The translations under genes were made by a program, and so were the position numbers. Shown piece by piece: positions 1-11,296 of a stretch of 64,000 bases of DNA. The stretch spans positions 38,628-102,627 of the forward strand of contig CAWCDG010000008.1 of assembly GCA_963794325.1 (NCBI GenBank). Direction: 5' to 3'. Position 1 is the first letter of the stretch. Every line of letters begins with the position of its first letter. This DNA comes from an uncultured delta proteobacterium. Lineage in GTDB: Bacteria > Desulfobacterota > Binatia > Binatales > Binataceae. The notes beneath the pieces were generated by a model. That model saw nothing but the letters and a program-made list of their open reading frames with translations, searched no databases and had not been told where the DNA came from.

Positions 1-33
1 CGAAAGCGGCGTAGGCCGAGCAGGAGCATCGCA

Positions 34-783
34 GTGCCAGAAAAGACGCAAGTCTTGCGAATCAAGCGCCAGGAAACGCCGAACTCGGAGCCGTATTACG
101 AGGAGTTCGAAATTCCGTACTTGCCGAATCACAACGTCATCTCGATGCTGATGGAGATTCGCCGCAATCCCGTCACGCGCCAGGGCAAGCGCGTCGCGCC
201 GGTGGTCTTCGACGCCAACTGTCTCGAGGAAGTTTGCGGCTCGTGCACGATGGTGATCAACGGCCGCGTGCGCCAGGCATGCTCGCAGTTGGCTGAAGGT
301 CTCAACGGTCCCGCGACGATCGAGCCGATGACGAAGTTTCCGGTGGTCCGCGATCTGTGGGTCGATCGATCAAAAATGTTCGACGCTCTGAAAAAGGCGC
401 ACGCGTGGGTTCCAATTGACGGGACCTACGACCTCGGACCTGGTCCGCGAATCGCGCCGAGCGTACAGGAGTTCGCGTACCTGTTCTCGCGATGCATGAC
501 TTGCGGATGCTGCCTCGAGGCGTGCCCGCAGGTGAATTCTCATTCGAAGTTCATGGGCGCCGCCGTCATCGGGCAGGTCTACCTGATGAGCCAGCATCCA
601 ACCGCGAAGATGAATCTCGACGAAAGGCTGGACGCGATGATGTCGGAGGGCGGCGTCGCGGATTGCGGCAATGCGCAAAACTGCGTCGAGGTCTGCCCCA
701 AGGAAATTCCGCTCACAACCGCAATCGGCGCAGTCGGTCGCCAGACATCTATCAAATGGCTCCGCGACCTCTTCATGAAGTAG
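34..783 (+). CDS. sdhB: Succinate dehydrogenase/fumarate reductase iron-sulfur subunit
   Basis: Cys clusters CLEEVCGSC..C, CMTCGCCLEACP and CGNAQNCVEVCP; immediately upstream of sucCD. Confidence 0.93.
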   Translation: MPEKTQVLRIKRQETPNSEPYYEEFEIPYLPNHNVISMLMEIRRNPVTRQGKRVAPVVFDANCLEEVCGSCTMVINGRVRQACSQLAEGLNGPATIEPMTKFPVVRDLWVDRSKMFDALKKAHAWVPIDGTYDLGPGPRIAPSVQEFAYLFSRCMTCGCCLEACPQVNSHSKFMGAAVIGQVYLMSQHPTAKMNLDERLDAMMSEGGVADCGNAQNCVEVCPKEIPLTTAIGAVGRQTSIKWLRDLFMK

Positions 784-800
784 TGCTCGCAGGTAACTGA

Positions 801-1964
801 ATGAACATCCACGAATATCAAGCCAAGCAGATTCTCGGGCGCTTCGGCGTTCCCGTTCCCAAGGGGCAGTTCGCGACGACGCCCGACGAAGCGGCGGCTG
901 CCTTCACGGCGCTTGGGCAGCCGAAGGCCGTCGTCAAAGCGCAGATCCATGCGGGCGGCCGCGGCAAGGCGGGCGGTGTCAAGCTGCTGACTGCGGCGCC
1001 CGAGGTGCGCGACTTCGGCGCCAAGCTGCTCGGCAAACCGCTCGTGACGCATCAGACGGGCCCCGAAGGCCGCGTCGTGCGCCGCGTTTACATCGAGGAG
1101 GCGAGCGACGTTGCTCGCGAGCTGTATCTTGGCATGCTCGTCGATCGGAAGGCGGGCACGGTTTCTGTGATCGCCAGCACCGAAGGCGGGATGGATATCG
1201 AGGAAGTCGCATCCAAAACGCCGGAAAAAATTCTCACTGAGCAGATCAGTCCGCTGCTCGGCGTGTCAGGCTTCCAGGCGCGCAAAATCGCTTTTTCATT
1301 GGGCCTCAAGGACAAGCAGGTCGGCCAGTTCGCGACCTTGCTCGCGTCGCTCTATCGCGCGTTCCTCGAAACCGACGCGTCGCTCATCGAGATCAATCCG
1401 CTGGTCGTCACGAAAGATGGGCGCGTCATCTGCCTGGACGCGAAAATGTCGTTCGACGACAACGCGCTCTTCCGCCATCCGGATATCCGCGAGTTGCGCG
1501 ACCCCAACGAGGAAGATCCCGCCGAGACCGAGGCGGCGAAGTACGACCTCAGCTACGTGCATCTCGACGGCAACATCGGATGCATGGTGAACGGCGCGGG
1601 CCTGGCGATGGCGACGATGGATATCGTCAAGATTTACGGCGCCGAGCCGGCCAACTTCCTCGACGTCGGCGGCGGCGCGAGCACCGAGAAAGTCGCCGCG
1701 GCGTTTCGCATCCTGCTCGCGGACAAGCGCGTCAAAGGCGTGCTCATCAACATCTTCGGCGGCATCATGCGATGCGACGTGCTGGCGCAGGGCGTCGTCG
1801 AGGCGGCCAAGCAGGTCAAGCTCAATGTGCCGCTGGTGGTCAGGATGGAAGGCACCAACGTCGTCGAGGGCAAAAAGATTCTCGCCGAATCCGGCATCAA
1901 GGTGATCACCGCCGCCGACATGGCCGACGCCGCCAAGCGCATCGTGAAAGAAATCGGAGCTTAG
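801..1964 (+). CDS. sucC: Succinyl-CoA ligase beta subunit
   Basis: MNIHEYQAK start, [49 protein letters not shown]. Confidence 0.98.
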   Translation: MNIHEYQAKQILGRFGVPVPKGQFATTPDEAAAAFTALGQPKAVVKAQIHAGGRGKAGGVKLLTAAPEVRDFGAKLLGKPLVTHQTGPEGRVVRRVYIEEASDVARELYLGMLVDRKAGTVSVIASTEGGMDIEEVASKTPEKILTEQISPLLGVSGFQARKIAFSLGLKDKQVGQFATLLASLYRAFLETDASLIEINPLVVTKDGRVICLDAKMSFDDNALFRHPDIRELRDPNEEDPAETEAAKYDLSYVHLDGNIGCMVNGAGLAMATMDIVKIYGAEPANFLDVGGGASTEKVAAAFRILLADKRVKGVLINIFGGIMRCDVLAQGVVEAAKQVKLNVPLVVRMEGTNVVEGKKILAESGIKVITAADMADAAKRIVKEIGA

Positions 1965-1973
1965 GATTCGCAG

Positions 1974-2852
1974 ATGAGCATTCTAGTCGACAAGAACACC
2001 CGCGTGCTGACGCAGGGAATCACCGGCGCGGTGGGCCAGCTCCACACGCGCGCGTGCAAAGAGTACGGCACGAAGATGGTCGGCGGCGTCGTGCCCGGCA
2101 AGGGCGGCACCGACTTCGAGGGCATCCCGATTTTCGACACCGTCGAGCAGGCGCGCAAAGCGACCGGCTGCAATGCGACAGTGATCTACGTCCCGCCGGC
2201 ATTTGCGGCAGACGCGATGCTCGAGGCCATCGCGGCCGGCATCGAGCTGGTCATCTGCATCACCGAAGGCGTGCCCGTCCTCGACATGGTCAAGGTGAAG
2301 GCGTACATGGCGGGCAGCAAGTCGCGCTTGATAGGCCCCAACTGCCCGGGAATCATCACGCCCGGCGAGTGCAAAATCGGCATCATGCCGGGATACATCC
2401 ACAAGGCCGGCGACATCGGCGTTGTGTCGCGCTCAGGCACTCTCACTTACGAGGCCGTCTATCAACTGACGCAACTCGGAATCGGACAATCGAGCTGCAT
2501 CGGAATCGGCGGCGACCCGATCGTGGGCACCGGGCACATCGATGCGCTGAAGTTGTTCAACGAAGATCCGAAGACGCGCGCGGTGATCATGATCGGCGAG
2601 ATTGGCGGGACGGCTGAAGAAGAGGCCGCCCAATATATAAAGCAATACTTTAAGAAACCGGTGGTCGCGTTTATCGCCGGCCAGACTGCCCCGAAGGGAC
2701 GACGGATGGGCCACGCCGGCGCAATCATCTCCGGTGGACGCGGCACCGCAGCGGATAAAATAGCGGCGCTCAAGGCCGCGGGAATCACGGTCGCCAATAG
2801 CCCTGCCGATCTGGGCTCGACTATGAAATCGGTACTCGAAGGAAAGAAATAA
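1974..2852 (+). CDS. sucD: Succinyl-CoA ligase alpha subunit
   Basis: [28 protein letters not shown] (phospho-His). Confidence 0.98.
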   Translation: MSILVDKNTRVLTQGITGAVGQLHTRACKEYGTKMVGGVVPGKGGTDFEGIPIFDTVEQARKATGCNATVIYVPPAFAADAMLEAIAAGIELVICITEGVPVLDMVKVKAYMAGSKSRLIGPNCPGIITPGECKIGIMPGYIHKAGDIGVVSRSGTLTYEAVYQLTQLGIGQSSCIGIGGDPIVGTGHIDALKLFNEDPKTRAVIMIGEIGGTAEEEAAQYIKQYFKKPVVAFIAGQTAPKGRRMGHAGAIISGGRGTAADKIAALKAAGITVANSPADLGSTMKSVLEGKK

Positions 2853-2856
2853 TTTA

Positions 2857-3273
2857 ATGGAACGAACCTTCGCAATCGTCAAACCCGACGCGGTTCGGCG
2901 CGGGCTCACCGGCGACATCCTCAAGCGAATCGAGGCGTCGGGCCTGACAATCGTTGCGATGCGCAAGGTTCGACTCTCGCGCGCCGACGCCGAGAAATTT
3001 TACGACGTGCACAAAGCGCGGCCGTTCTTCAGCGGCCTGTGCGACTATATGACCTCCGGCCCGGTCGTGGTCGCCGTGCTACAGGGCGAGGGCGCAATCA
3101 CCAAGTGGCGTCAATTGATGGGCGCGACCGATCCCAAAAAAGCCGACGCCGGCACGATTCGCAAGGACTTCGGACTCGACGTCGAACAAAACGCCACGCA
3201 CGGCTCCGACGCCCCCGAAACCGCCGCGCAGGAAATCAGTTTCTTCTTCGCCGCCCGCGAAATCCTCTCGTAA
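2857..3273 (+). CDS. ndk: Nucleoside-diphosphate kinase
   Basis: [27 protein letters not shown]. Confidence 0.97.
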   Translation: MERTFAIVKPDAVRRGLTGDILKRIEASGLTIVAMRKVRLSRADAEKFYDVHKARPFFSGLCDYMTSGPVVVAVLQGEGAITKWRQLMGATDPKKADAGTIRKDFGLDVEQNATHGSDAPETAAQEISFFFAAREILS

Positions 3274-3284
3274 CTTCTTTCATT

Positions 3285-3328
3285 CTGGTTCCCCTTCCCA
3301 CTATGGGAAGGGGTTTGGGGGTTAGGTT
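3285..3328. repeat. REP-like repeat family A copy 1 (CCCCTTCCC-loop-GGGAAGGGG hairpin plus G-rich tail)
   Basis: ctggttCCCCTTCCCActaTGGGAAGGGGtttgggggttaggtt; matches copies at 42148, 43009, 45453 and 63041. Confidence 0.85.
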
Positions 3329-3359
3329 CCTGCCTTCACCCCGCCGTTTCGATTAGAAT

Positions 3360-4442
3360 ATGCACGCCGTGAACGAGAACCGCCAAATCTCCGCCGAAGC
3401 GCCGCCCGTAAGCACCGACTTCCGCGACTTGACCCTCGAAGAAGTCGAGCAACTCGTCTCGAGCATCGGCGAGCGTTCATATCGCGCGCGCCAGATTTTG
3501 CATTGGGTACACGCTCGCGGCGCCGAGTCTTTCGACGAGATGCGCGATCTGCCGGCCACGCTTCGAAATTATCTGAAGCAAAACTTCACGATCGGGCACC
3601 CGGTATCGTCGTTCGTCTCGCGCTCATCCGACGGCACCCGAAAATTGCTGATTCGCCTCGACGATGCCGAAGAAATCGAATCGGTGATAATCCCCACTGA
3701 GAAGCGCGTGACGCTTTGCATGTCGAGCCAGGTCGGATGCGCGATGGCCTGCGAATTCTGCGCGACCGCCCGCATGGGATTGCATCGCAATCTCACCAGC
3801 TCCGAGATGCTCGCACAGATCTTCGCCGCTCGACGCGAGCTGGCCGCGGCCGAGGAGCTAACCAACTACGTCTTCATGGGGATGGGCGAGCCGCTCGCGA
3901 ATTACCCGCGCCTCGTACAGACGCTCGCGATAATGACTTCGGAGTGGGGGATGGGCATCTCGCCGCGCCGCATCACGGTCTCGACCGTCGGGTTGGTCCC
4001 GATGATGGAGCGACTGCTGAGCGAGACTCCAGTCAATCTCGCGGTTTCACTGCACGCGACGACCAACGATCTCCGCGATCGTCTGGCGCCGATCAATAAG
4101 CGCTACCCTCTGGAAGTATTGCTCGACGCATGCCGCAACCTGCCGATCAAGCGGCGCAGCCGAATCACCTTTGAGTATGTGATGCTGGCCGGGGTGAACG
4201 ATTCCCTCGCCGACGCGCGGCGCCTGGTGAAGCTGCTCGCGCCTCTGCGCGGCAAAGTTAATTTGATCTTTTACAATCCTCTCCCTGATTCTCCCCTGCA
4301 GACCAGCTCGCGCGCCGCAGTCGAGGCCTTTCAAGCGATCCTTAAGAACGGTAATTTGACCGCTACAATCCGCGAAAGCCGGGGGCTCGATATTGCGGCG
4401 GCATGCGGTCAGCTTTACGCCGAACAGCACAGCCCGGCCTGA
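3360..4442 (+). CDS. rlmN: Dual-specificity rRNA/tRNA methyltransferase RlmN (radical SAM)
   Basis: SSQVGCAMACEFCATA, FMGMGEP, SLHA, DIAAACGQL. Confidence 0.96.
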   Translation: MHAVNENRQISAEAPPVSTDFRDLTLEEVEQLVSSIGERSYRARQILHWVHARGAESFDEMRDLPATLRNYLKQNFTIGHPVSSFVSRSSDGTRKLLIRLDDAEEIESVIIPTEKRVTLCMSSQVGCAMACEFCATARMGLHRNLTSSEMLAQIFAARRELAAAEELTNYVFMGMGEPLANYPRLVQTLAIMTSEWGMGISPRRITVSTVGLVPMMERLLSETPVNLAVSLHATTNDLRDRLAPINKRYPLEVLLDACRNLPIKRRSRITFEYVMLAGVNDSLADARRLVKLLAPLRGKVNLIFYNPLPDSPLQTSSRAAVEAFQAILKNGNLTATIRESRGLDIAAACGQLYAEQHSPA

Positions 4443-4465
4443 AGGCGTCAACCGAAAAAACAAAA

Positions 4466-5329
4466 ATGTCACAAAACATACTCGGAGTGATTGGGGGCAG
4501 CGGCTTCTACCAGATGAAGGGGCTGGACAAGGTCGAGCTGATGGAGCTCGAAACCCCGTTCGGCCGCCCATCCGATCCGTTCTATCAAGGACGCATCGGC
4601 GACATCGAAGTCGTTTTTCTCGCGCGCCACGGCCGTGGCCACCGACTGCTGCCGTCGGAAATAAATTTTCGCGCCAACGTTTTCGGGATGAAGCAGCTCG
4701 GCGTGACCCATCTCGTTTCGGTATCCACCGCAGGCAGCTTGAAAGAGAAAATTCATCCCGGCGAGCTGGTGGTGCCAAATCAGTTTATCGATCGGACATT
4801 CAAACGCCCCGAGACGTTCTTTGGCGATGGCCTGGTAGTTCACGTCTCGCTGGCTGATCCGGTGTGTGAGAATCTCGCGAAGGATCTGGTCGTTGCAACC
4901 CGTGCGAGTGGCGCGACGGTTCATGACAGTGGCACCTATCTCTGCATGGAAGGACCACAATTCTCGACCCGCGCCGAGTCGCATTTGTATAGAAGCTGGA
5001 ATGCGAGCGTCATCAGCATGACTGCGATGCAGGAAGCGCGGCTCGCTCGCGAGGCCGAGATGTGTTACGCGACGCTGGTGCTGGTGACCGACTACGATTG
5101 CTGGCACGAGTCGGTCGCCGCGGTGGACATCGGCGAAATCCTGCGCGTCATGAAACTCAACGTGGACAAGGCGCAGAGTGCGGTGTCGGCGCTGGCGCAT
5201 ACGCTCGGAAATCGTCCGCGGATCTGCGCGTGCAAGGACGCACTCAAGAACACGATCATCACCGATCGCGCGGCAATTCCGCAGCGCTTGATCGACGACT
5301 TGCGTCCGCTGGTAGGCAAGTATCTTTAG
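4466..5329 (+). CDS. mtnP: S-methyl-5'-thioadenosine phosphorylase
   Basis: GVIGGSG, FLARHG, EGPQFSTRAES, VTDYDCW; start moved to ATG 4466. Confidence 0.9.
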   Translation: MSQNILGVIGGSGFYQMKGLDKVELMELETPFGRPSDPFYQGRIGDIEVVFLARHGRGHRLLPSEINFRANVFGMKQLGVTHLVSVSTAGSLKEKIHPGELVVPNQFIDRTFKRPETFFGDGLVVHVSLADPVCENLAKDLVVATRASGATVHDSGTYLCMEGPQFSTRAESHLYRSWNASVISMTAMQEARLAREAEMCYATLVLVTDYDCWHESVAAVDIGEILRVMKLNVDKAQSAVSALAHTLGNRPRICACKDALKNTIITDRAAIPQRLIDDLRPLVGKYL

Positions 5330-5365
5330 GATCGAAAATCCCGCGATGGTGAAGGTGCAAGATAG

Positions 5366-6289
5366 ATGAGCATTGTGGTGGTTGGGTTCCTGGCCTACGA
5401 CACGGTCGAAACGCCCAATGGCAAAGTCGAGGAAGTGCTCGGCGGCGGCGCCAGCTATTTTGCGATTGCGGCCAGATTTTTTTCGCCGGTCAGCATCGTC
5501 GCGGTGGTCGGTTCGGATTTCAAGGCCGAGGACATGCGGCTGTTCACCGATCGGAATATCGACGTGCGCGGAGTCGCGAAGCGCGAAGGGAAGACCACGC
5601 GGTGGCACGGCCGCTATCACGAAGATATGAACGTACGCGACACGGTCGCGCTCTCGCTGAACGTTCTCGAGAATTTCACCCCAGAACTGCTGCCCGACCA
5701 ATGCCGCGCCGACTATCTGTACCTCGCGCCGAATAATCCCGATCTCCAGGAGCACGTACTCGATCAGGTGCTCAGTCCCAAAGTCGTCGTCGCGGATCTG
5801 TATGACTATTGGATCGAGAACACTCGCCCCGGCCTCGCCAAAATCCTCGAGCGAATCCAGATCCTGCTTTGCAGCGACAACGAGGCGCGCGTGCTCACCG
5901 GTGAGCACAACCTGGTGAAGGCCGGACGCGCGATCCTGAAAATGGGACCAGGCACCGTCCTGATCAAACGCGGCGAATACGGGGTGCTTCAGTTCAGCAA
6001 GGAAGGAATGTTCGCAGTCCCTGCATATCCGCTCGAAGAGGTCGTCGATCCCACCGGTGCAGGCGACACGTTCGCCGGTGCCATGATGGGTTTCCTCGCG
6101 CGGCATGGACGCATCACGGAATCGTCGCTGCGCACGGCAGTCGTGTACGGCAGCGTGTTGGCATCATTCGTCGTCGAGCGATTCTCGCTCGAGCGGCTGT
6201 TGGATCTGAGCTGGGAAGAGATAGAAAATCGCTATCGCGAATTCATTACTCTAATCGATTCTCATCATTCGAGATGGACTACTCAGTAG
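5366..6289 (+). CDS. PfkB-family carbohydrate/nucleoside kinase
   Basis: LGGGASY and DPTGAGDTFAG signatures. Confidence 0.88.
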   Translation: MSIVVVGFLAYDTVETPNGKVEEVLGGGASYFAIAARFFSPVSIVAVVGSDFKAEDMRLFTDRNIDVRGVAKREGKTTRWHGRYHEDMNVRDTVALSLNVLENFTPELLPDQCRADYLYLAPNNPDLQEHVLDQVLSPKVVVADLYDYWIENTRPGLAKILERIQILLCSDNEARVLTGEHNLVKAGRAILKMGPGTVLIKRGEYGVLQFSKEGMFAVPAYPLEEVVDPTGAGDTFAGAMMGFLARHGRITESSLRTAVVYGSVLASFVVERFSLERLLDLSWEEIENRYREFITLIDSHHSRWTTQ

Positions 6290-7212
6290 TCATTCCGCTC
6301 TACAACGAGCGGGATAATCTCGCCCCGCTGCACGCGGAATTGACCCGCGTGATGCAGAGCCTCGGCCGCACCTACGAACTTATTTTTGTGGACGACGGCA
6401 GCACCGACGGCGGCATCGACGCGCTGCGCCAAATTAAATCCGCCGACCAGAACGTTCGCGTGATTTCTCTGGCGCGCAACTCCGGACAGACCGCCGCGCT
6501 GGCGTGCGGTTTCTCGCATGCGGCCGGCGACGTGATAATCGCGATGGACGGCGACGGCCAAAACGATCCCGCCGACATCCCGCGGCTGCTCGCCAAGCTC
6601 GACGAAGGCTACGACCTCGCGAGCGGCTGGCGTACCGAGCGATGGCAAACGGAGCGGTTCACTCGCCGGCTGCCTTCAATGGCGGCAAATTCGCTGATTT
6701 CCGCGATGACCGGCGTGAAGCTTCACGACTATGGCTGCACCTTCAAGGCGTACCGGCGCGATCTCGCGCGCAGCCTGCAGCTCTACGGCGAGATGCATCG
6801 ATTTGTTCCCGCGATCGCAGCGGAGCAGGGCGCGCGAATCGCTGAAGTCGAGATCGGATTCCGGCCGCGTCGCGCCGGCATCTCGAAGTACGGACTATGG
6901 CGCATCGTGCGCACGCTGCTCGATCTGATCACAGTCAAATTTCTTTCCGGCTATTCCACCGCGCCAATACAGGTGTTCGGCTTGATCGGCATCATCCTCG
7001 GCGGACTCGGCAGCCTGTGGACCTTCATCCTCGTGATGGAGAAAATATTGCTGGGACATGAACTGGGTAATCGACCCGCGCTGCTGTTGGCGGTGTTGTT
7101 AGTAGTCGTCGGAGTACAATTCGTAAGTATAGGACTGCTCGGCGAGATGCTCGCGCGGACCTATCACGAGTCGCAGGGCAAGCCGATCTACGTAATCAGG
7201 GAAGAATTCTAG
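6274..7212 (+). CDS. GT2 polyprenol-phosphate glycosyltransferase (ArnC/GtrB-like)
   Basis: VVIPLYNE, VDDGSTD, MDGDGQNDP, two C-terminal TM helices. Confidence 0.88.
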   Translation: MDYSVVIPLYNERDNLAPLHAELTRVMQSLGRTYELIFVDDGSTDGGIDALRQIKSADQNVRVISLARNSGQTAALACGFSHAAGDVIIAMDGDGQNDPADIPRLLAKLDEGYDLASGWRTERWQTERFTRRLPSMAANSLISAMTGVKLHDYGCTFKAYRRDLARSLQLYGEMHRFVPAIAAEQGARIAEVEIGFRPRRAGISKYGLWRIVRTLLDLITVKFLSGYSTAPIQVFGLIGIILGGLGSLWTFILVMEKILLGHELGNRPALLLAVLLVVVGVQFVSIGLLGEMLARTYHESQGKPIYVIREEF

Positions 7213-7221
7213 GGGCTATCG

Positions 7222-8529
7222 ATGAACATCGCAGTCGTGGGGAGCGGATACGTCGGACTGGTGAGCGGTACCTGTTATGCCGAAAGCGGCAACGAAGTAG
7301 TTTGCGTCGATATCGACCAGAAACGGATCGCGCAACTCTGCGAAGGCAAGATCCCGATCTACGAGCCGGGACTCGAAGAGCTAGTGCGGCGCAATTTGAA
7401 GGAAGGCCGGCTTCGTTTCACCACCGACATCGCCGATGCGATCAAGCAATCGATGGTCTCGTACATTGCCGTGGGCACTCCCATGAGCGCGTCGGGCGCC
7501 GCCGACTTGAGTGCTATTCTCCAGGCCGCCGAGGATATCGCGAACGCCATCACGGGCTATCACATCGTTGCGATCAAGAGCACGGTTCCGGTTGGCACCA
7601 ACGATCGTGTGCGCGAGATCGTCAGCCGCGTCGCCAAGCATCGCGCGGACGTATGTTCGGTCCCGGAGTTTCTCAAGGAAGGCTCCGCGATCGAGGATTT
7701 CATGCGACCCGACCGCGTCGTGATCGGAAGTCTCAGCGATCAGGCGACCGCGATCCTTAAAGAAATTCACAACCCATTCGTGCGCACTGACAATCCGATC
7801 CTCGTGATGGACCCGCGCTCGGCCGAGCTGACCAAGTACGCCTCCAACGCGATGCTCGCGATGCGCATCTCGTTCATCAACGAGATGGCGACGTTGTGTG
7901 ACGCCGTCGGCGCCGACATCAACGCCGTCCGCCGCGGGCTCGGCACCGACAAGCGCATCGGCTCGTCCTTCCTGTTCCCCGGCGTCGGGTACGGCGGTTC
8001 ATGCTTCCCCAAGGACGTGCAGGCCGTGATTCATACCGCGAGCGAGCACAATCTCGACTTCGCGCTGCTGCGCGCGGCGGAAGCGGTGAATTCCCGCCAG
8101 AAGCGGCTGATACCCTCGCGCGTCAAGCAGCACTTCGGACAAAATCTGACTGGGCGCACGTTTGCGATTTGGGGGCTTGCATTCAAGCCGCGCACTGACG
8201 ACATGCGCGAGGCCCCGGCGCTGGTCGTGATCGAGGAGCTCCTGCAGGCCGGCGCGCAATGCCGCGTGCACGATCCCGAAGCGCTCGAGAACGCGCGCAA
8301 GATTTTTGGCGATCGCGTCACCTACCACAAAACCAACTACGAGGCGCTCAAGGACGCCGACGCGCTGCTCATTCTGACTGAATGGAACGAGTTTCGGCAC
8401 CCCAACTTCCAGCGCATCAAGGCCGAGTTGAAAGAGCCGGTGATATTCGACGGCCGGAACCTGTATGATCCAGACCTGATGAAGGCGCTCGAACTGCGTT
8501 ACTACTCGGTCGGCCGCCACCCGGTTTAG
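7222..8529 (+). CDS. ugd: UDP-glucose 6-dehydrogenase
   Basis: GSGYVG, KSTVPVGT, PEFLKEG, GYGGSCFPKD, GLAFKPRTDDMRE. Confidence 0.93.
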   Translation: MNIAVVGSGYVGLVSGTCYAESGNEVVCVDIDQKRIAQLCEGKIPIYEPGLEELVRRNLKEGRLRFTTDIADAIKQSMVSYIAVGTPMSASGAADLSAILQAAEDIANAITGYHIVAIKSTVPVGTNDRVREIVSRVAKHRADVCSVPEFLKEGSAIEDFMRPDRVVIGSLSDQATAILKEIHNPFVRTDNPILVMDPRSAELTKYASNAMLAMRISFINEMATLCDAVGADINAVRRGLGTDKRIGSSFLFPGVGYGGSCFPKDVQAVIHTASEHNLDFALLRAAEAVNSRQKRLIPSRVKQHFGQNLTGRTFAIWGLAFKPRTDDMREAPALVVIEELLQAGAQCRVHDPEALENARKIFGDRVTYHKTNYEALKDADALLILTEWNEFRHPNFQRIKAELKEPVIFDGRNLYDPDLMKALELRYYSVGRHPV

Positions 8530-8544
8530 GACAAGGACACTTCT

Positions 8545-9486
8545 ATGAGAATTCTGGTGACCGGCGGCGCCGGCTTTATCGGCTCGCACACGGTGGATGC
8601 GCTAGTGGCCTCCGGTGCCGGCGAAGTGTCAGTGCTGGATAACTTCTCCACCGGCAAGCGCCACCAGGTGAACCCAAAAGCGACGCTATGTCAGACCGAC
8701 CTGCGGGACGCTGCCGCGGTTACAGCCGTCGTCGAAAAAGTGCGGCCCGAGATTATCGTTCACCTTGCCGCTCAGATGGACGTGCGGCGCTCGGTCGCCG
8801 ATCCTGCGTTCGACGCGAATGTGAACGTAGTCGGCTTCCTCAACCTGATCGAATCGTCGCGCAAGCACGGATTGAAGCGCGTAGTTTTTTCCTCGACCGG
8901 CGGTGCGATTTACGGCGAGCAGGACGAGTTCCCGTGCACCGAGGATCATCCGAAACGCCCGGTGAGTCCGTACGGCGTCGCGAAGCTGGCGACCGAAGCC
9001 TATCTGTTCTTTTATAAGGTCGAGTACGGGATCGACTACCTGGCGCTGAGATTTGGCAACGTGTACGGCCCGCGCCAGGACCCGCACGGGGAAGCAGGCG
9101 TCATCTCGATCTTCTGCGGCAAAATTCTCGACGGCCAGTCTGTGACGATCTACGGCGACGGCACGCAAACGCGCGACTATGTTTATGTCGGCGACGTGGT
9201 GAGGGCGGTCGTATCCGCGTCGAAGTCCAACGCTTCGGGAATCGCACTCAACATCGGCACTGGGCTTGAGACCAACGTCAACGACCTCTACTCGACGCTC
9301 GCGAGCATTGCCGATTTTCCGACCAAGGCCACGCATGCGCCGGCGCGTCCCGGCGAGCAAAAGCGATCGGTCATCTCACCGGCGCGCGCGGAAAAGGAAC
9401 TCGGCTGGCGTCCCGAAAAGAAACTCAGCGAAGGACTCGAAGAGACCTTCAAATATTTCAAGCAGCAACGCGACCGTTCGAGTTGA
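8545..9486 (+). CDS. NAD-dependent epimerase/dehydratase (UDP-glucose 4-epimerase-like)
   Basis: [13 protein letters not shown] (YxxxK), NVYGPRQ. Confidence 0.9.
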   Translation: MRILVTGGAGFIGSHTVDALVASGAGEVSVLDNFSTGKRHQVNPKATLCQTDLRDAAAVTAVVEKVRPEIIVHLAAQMDVRRSVADPAFDANVNVVGFLNLIESSRKHGLKRVVFSSTGGAIYGEQDEFPCTEDHPKRPVSPYGVAKLATEAYLFFYKVEYGIDYLALRFGNVYGPRQDPHGEAGVISIFCGKILDGQSVTIYGDGTQTRDYVYVGDVVRAVVSASKSNASGIALNIGTGLETNVNDLYSTLASIADFPTKATHAPARPGEQKRSVISPARAEKELGWRPEKKLSEGLEETFKYFKQQRDRSS

Positions 9487-9487
9487 A

Positions 9488-11290
9488 ATGACCGAAGCCT
9501 CCTCGATTCGCAACTTTTCGATCATCGCGCATATCGATCACGGCAAGTCCACGCTCGCCGATCGAATCCTCGAGCGCACCGGTGCGCTCACCATGCGCGA
9601 GTCCAAGGATCAGTTCCTCGACTCGATGGACCTCGAGCGCGAGCGCGGAATCACGATCAAGGCGCGCTCGGTGCGCCTCAACTACACGGCGAAAGACGGC
9701 CGGGGCTACGTCCTCAACTTGATCGATACCCCCGGCCACGTCGATTTCGCGTACGAAGTATCGCGCAGCCTCGCGGCGTGCGAGGGCGCGCTGCTAGTGG
9801 TCGACGCGAGCCAGGGTGTCGAGGCGCAGACGCTCGCCAACGTATATCTCGCGCTCGATCACGGTCTCGAGATTATTCCCGTAATCAACAAGATCGATTT
9901 GCCCGGCGCCGACATCGATCGCACCAAGCAGCAAATCGAAGAGATCATTGGGCTCGATGCCTCCGACGCAATTCTGACCAGCGCGAAAGAGGGCATCGGT
10001 ATCGACGACGTGCTCGAGGCGATCGTCGCGCGAATTCCCGCCCCCAAACCGACTGACGAGGACAGTGTCCGAGCGCTCATCTTCGACAGTTGGTACGACG
10101 TATACGAAGGCGTGATCGGTTTGGTCCGCGTGTTCGGCGGCGAGCTTCGCATCGGCATGAAAGTTCGCCTGATGGGCACCGACAAGCTCGGCGAGGTGAT
10201 GCGCCTGGGACATTTTACGCCGCACGAGCGCCGGGCAGATACGCTCGGCCCCGGCGAGGTCGGATTTATCGTTGCGGGAATCAAGACCGTTGCGGACATG
10301 CGGGTCGGCGACACGATTACCGACGCCGACAATCCCGCGACGGCGCCGCTGCCCGGCTTCAAGGAATTGAAGCCGATGGTCTTCGCAGGCCTCTATCCCA
10401 CCGAGGCGAATCAGTACGGCGCGCTGCGCGATGCGATCGAAAAGCTGCGCCTCAACGACGCGAGCCTCATCTGCGAGCCCGAGACTTCGCAGGCGCTGGG
10501 CTTCGGCTTTCGCGCTGGATTCCTCGGCTTGCTGCATATGGAAATCGCGCAGGAGCGCCTCGAGCGCGAATTCGGCATCAACCTGATCGTCACCGCACCG
10601 ACCGTCGCCTACCAGGTGCGGACCATCTCGGGCCAGCTGACGACCGTCGACAATCCGTCGCGGCTGCCTGACGAGAACACGATCGAGGCGATCGAGGAGC
10701 CGTTCATCCTCACATCTATCCACATGCCTGAGGAATATCTCGGCGCCGTCATGAAACTGTGCGAAGACCGCCGCGGCCTCCAGCGCGATTTGCGCTTCCT
10801 CGGCGAGAAGCGCGTCATCCTGCACTATGAGCTGCCGCTGGCGGAAATCGTTTTCGATTTTTACGACCGGCTGAAATCAGTGAGCCGCGGCTACGCGTCG
10901 CTGGACTACGAGTTTCTGGACTTCCGGGCCGGCCCTCTGGTTAAATTGGATATACGGATCAACGGTGAGGTGGTCGACGCGCTTTCGATAATCGTGCATC
11001 GCGACAAGGCTTACGAACGAGGCCGGGCGTTGTGCGAAAAAATGCGCGAGTTGATCCCGCGCCAAATGTTCGAAGTCGCGATTCAAGCTGGCATCGGCGC
11101 GAAGATTATCGCGCGCGAATCCGTCAAGGCGCTGCGCAAGAACGTTACCGCCAAATGTTACGGCGGCGATATCACGCGAAAACGAAAGCTGCTCGAGAAG
11201 CAAAAGGAAGGCAAGAAGCGGATGAAACAGGTCGGGCGCGTCGAGATTCCGCAAGAGGCCTTCCTGGCCCTGCTAAAGGTCGGGGAGTAG
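9488..11290 (+). CDS. lepA: Elongation factor 4 (LepA)
   Basis: [52 protein letters not shown]; start at ATG 9488. Confidence 0.98.
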   Translation: MTEASSIRNFSIIAHIDHGKSTLADRILERTGALTMRESKDQFLDSMDLERERGITIKARSVRLNYTAKDGRGYVLNLIDTPGHVDFAYEVSRSLAACEGALLVVDASQGVEAQTLANVYLALDHGLEIIPVINKIDLPGADIDRTKQQIEEIIGLDASDAILTSAKEGIGIDDVLEAIVARIPAPKPTDEDSVRALIFDSWYDVYEGVIGLVRVFGGELRIGMKVRLMGTDKLGEVMRLGHFTPHERRADTLGPGEVGFIVAGIKTVADMRVGDTITDADNPATAPLPGFKELKPMVFAGLYPTEANQYGALRDAIEKLRLNDASLICEPETSQALGFGFRAGFLGLLHMEIAQERLEREFGINLIVTAPTVAYQVRTISGQLTTVDNPSRLPDENTIEAIEEPFILTSIHMPEEYLGAVMKLCEDRRGLQRDLRFLGEKRVILHYELPLAEIVFDFYDRLKSVSRGYASLDYEFLDFRAGPLVKLDIRINGEVVDALSIIVHRDKAYERGRALCEKMRELIPRQMFEVAIQAGIGAKIIARESVKALRKNVTAKCYGGDITRKRKLLEKQKEGKKRMKQVGRVEIPQEAFLALLKVGE

Positions 11291-11296
11291 GCAGCA

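Noticed and set aside
4469-6106. Long antisense ORFs (545 aa here; also 54157..55548, 25341..26501, 59800..61005 and others)
   Set aside because: Shadows of well-supported genes on the opposite strand, expected in high-GC DNA
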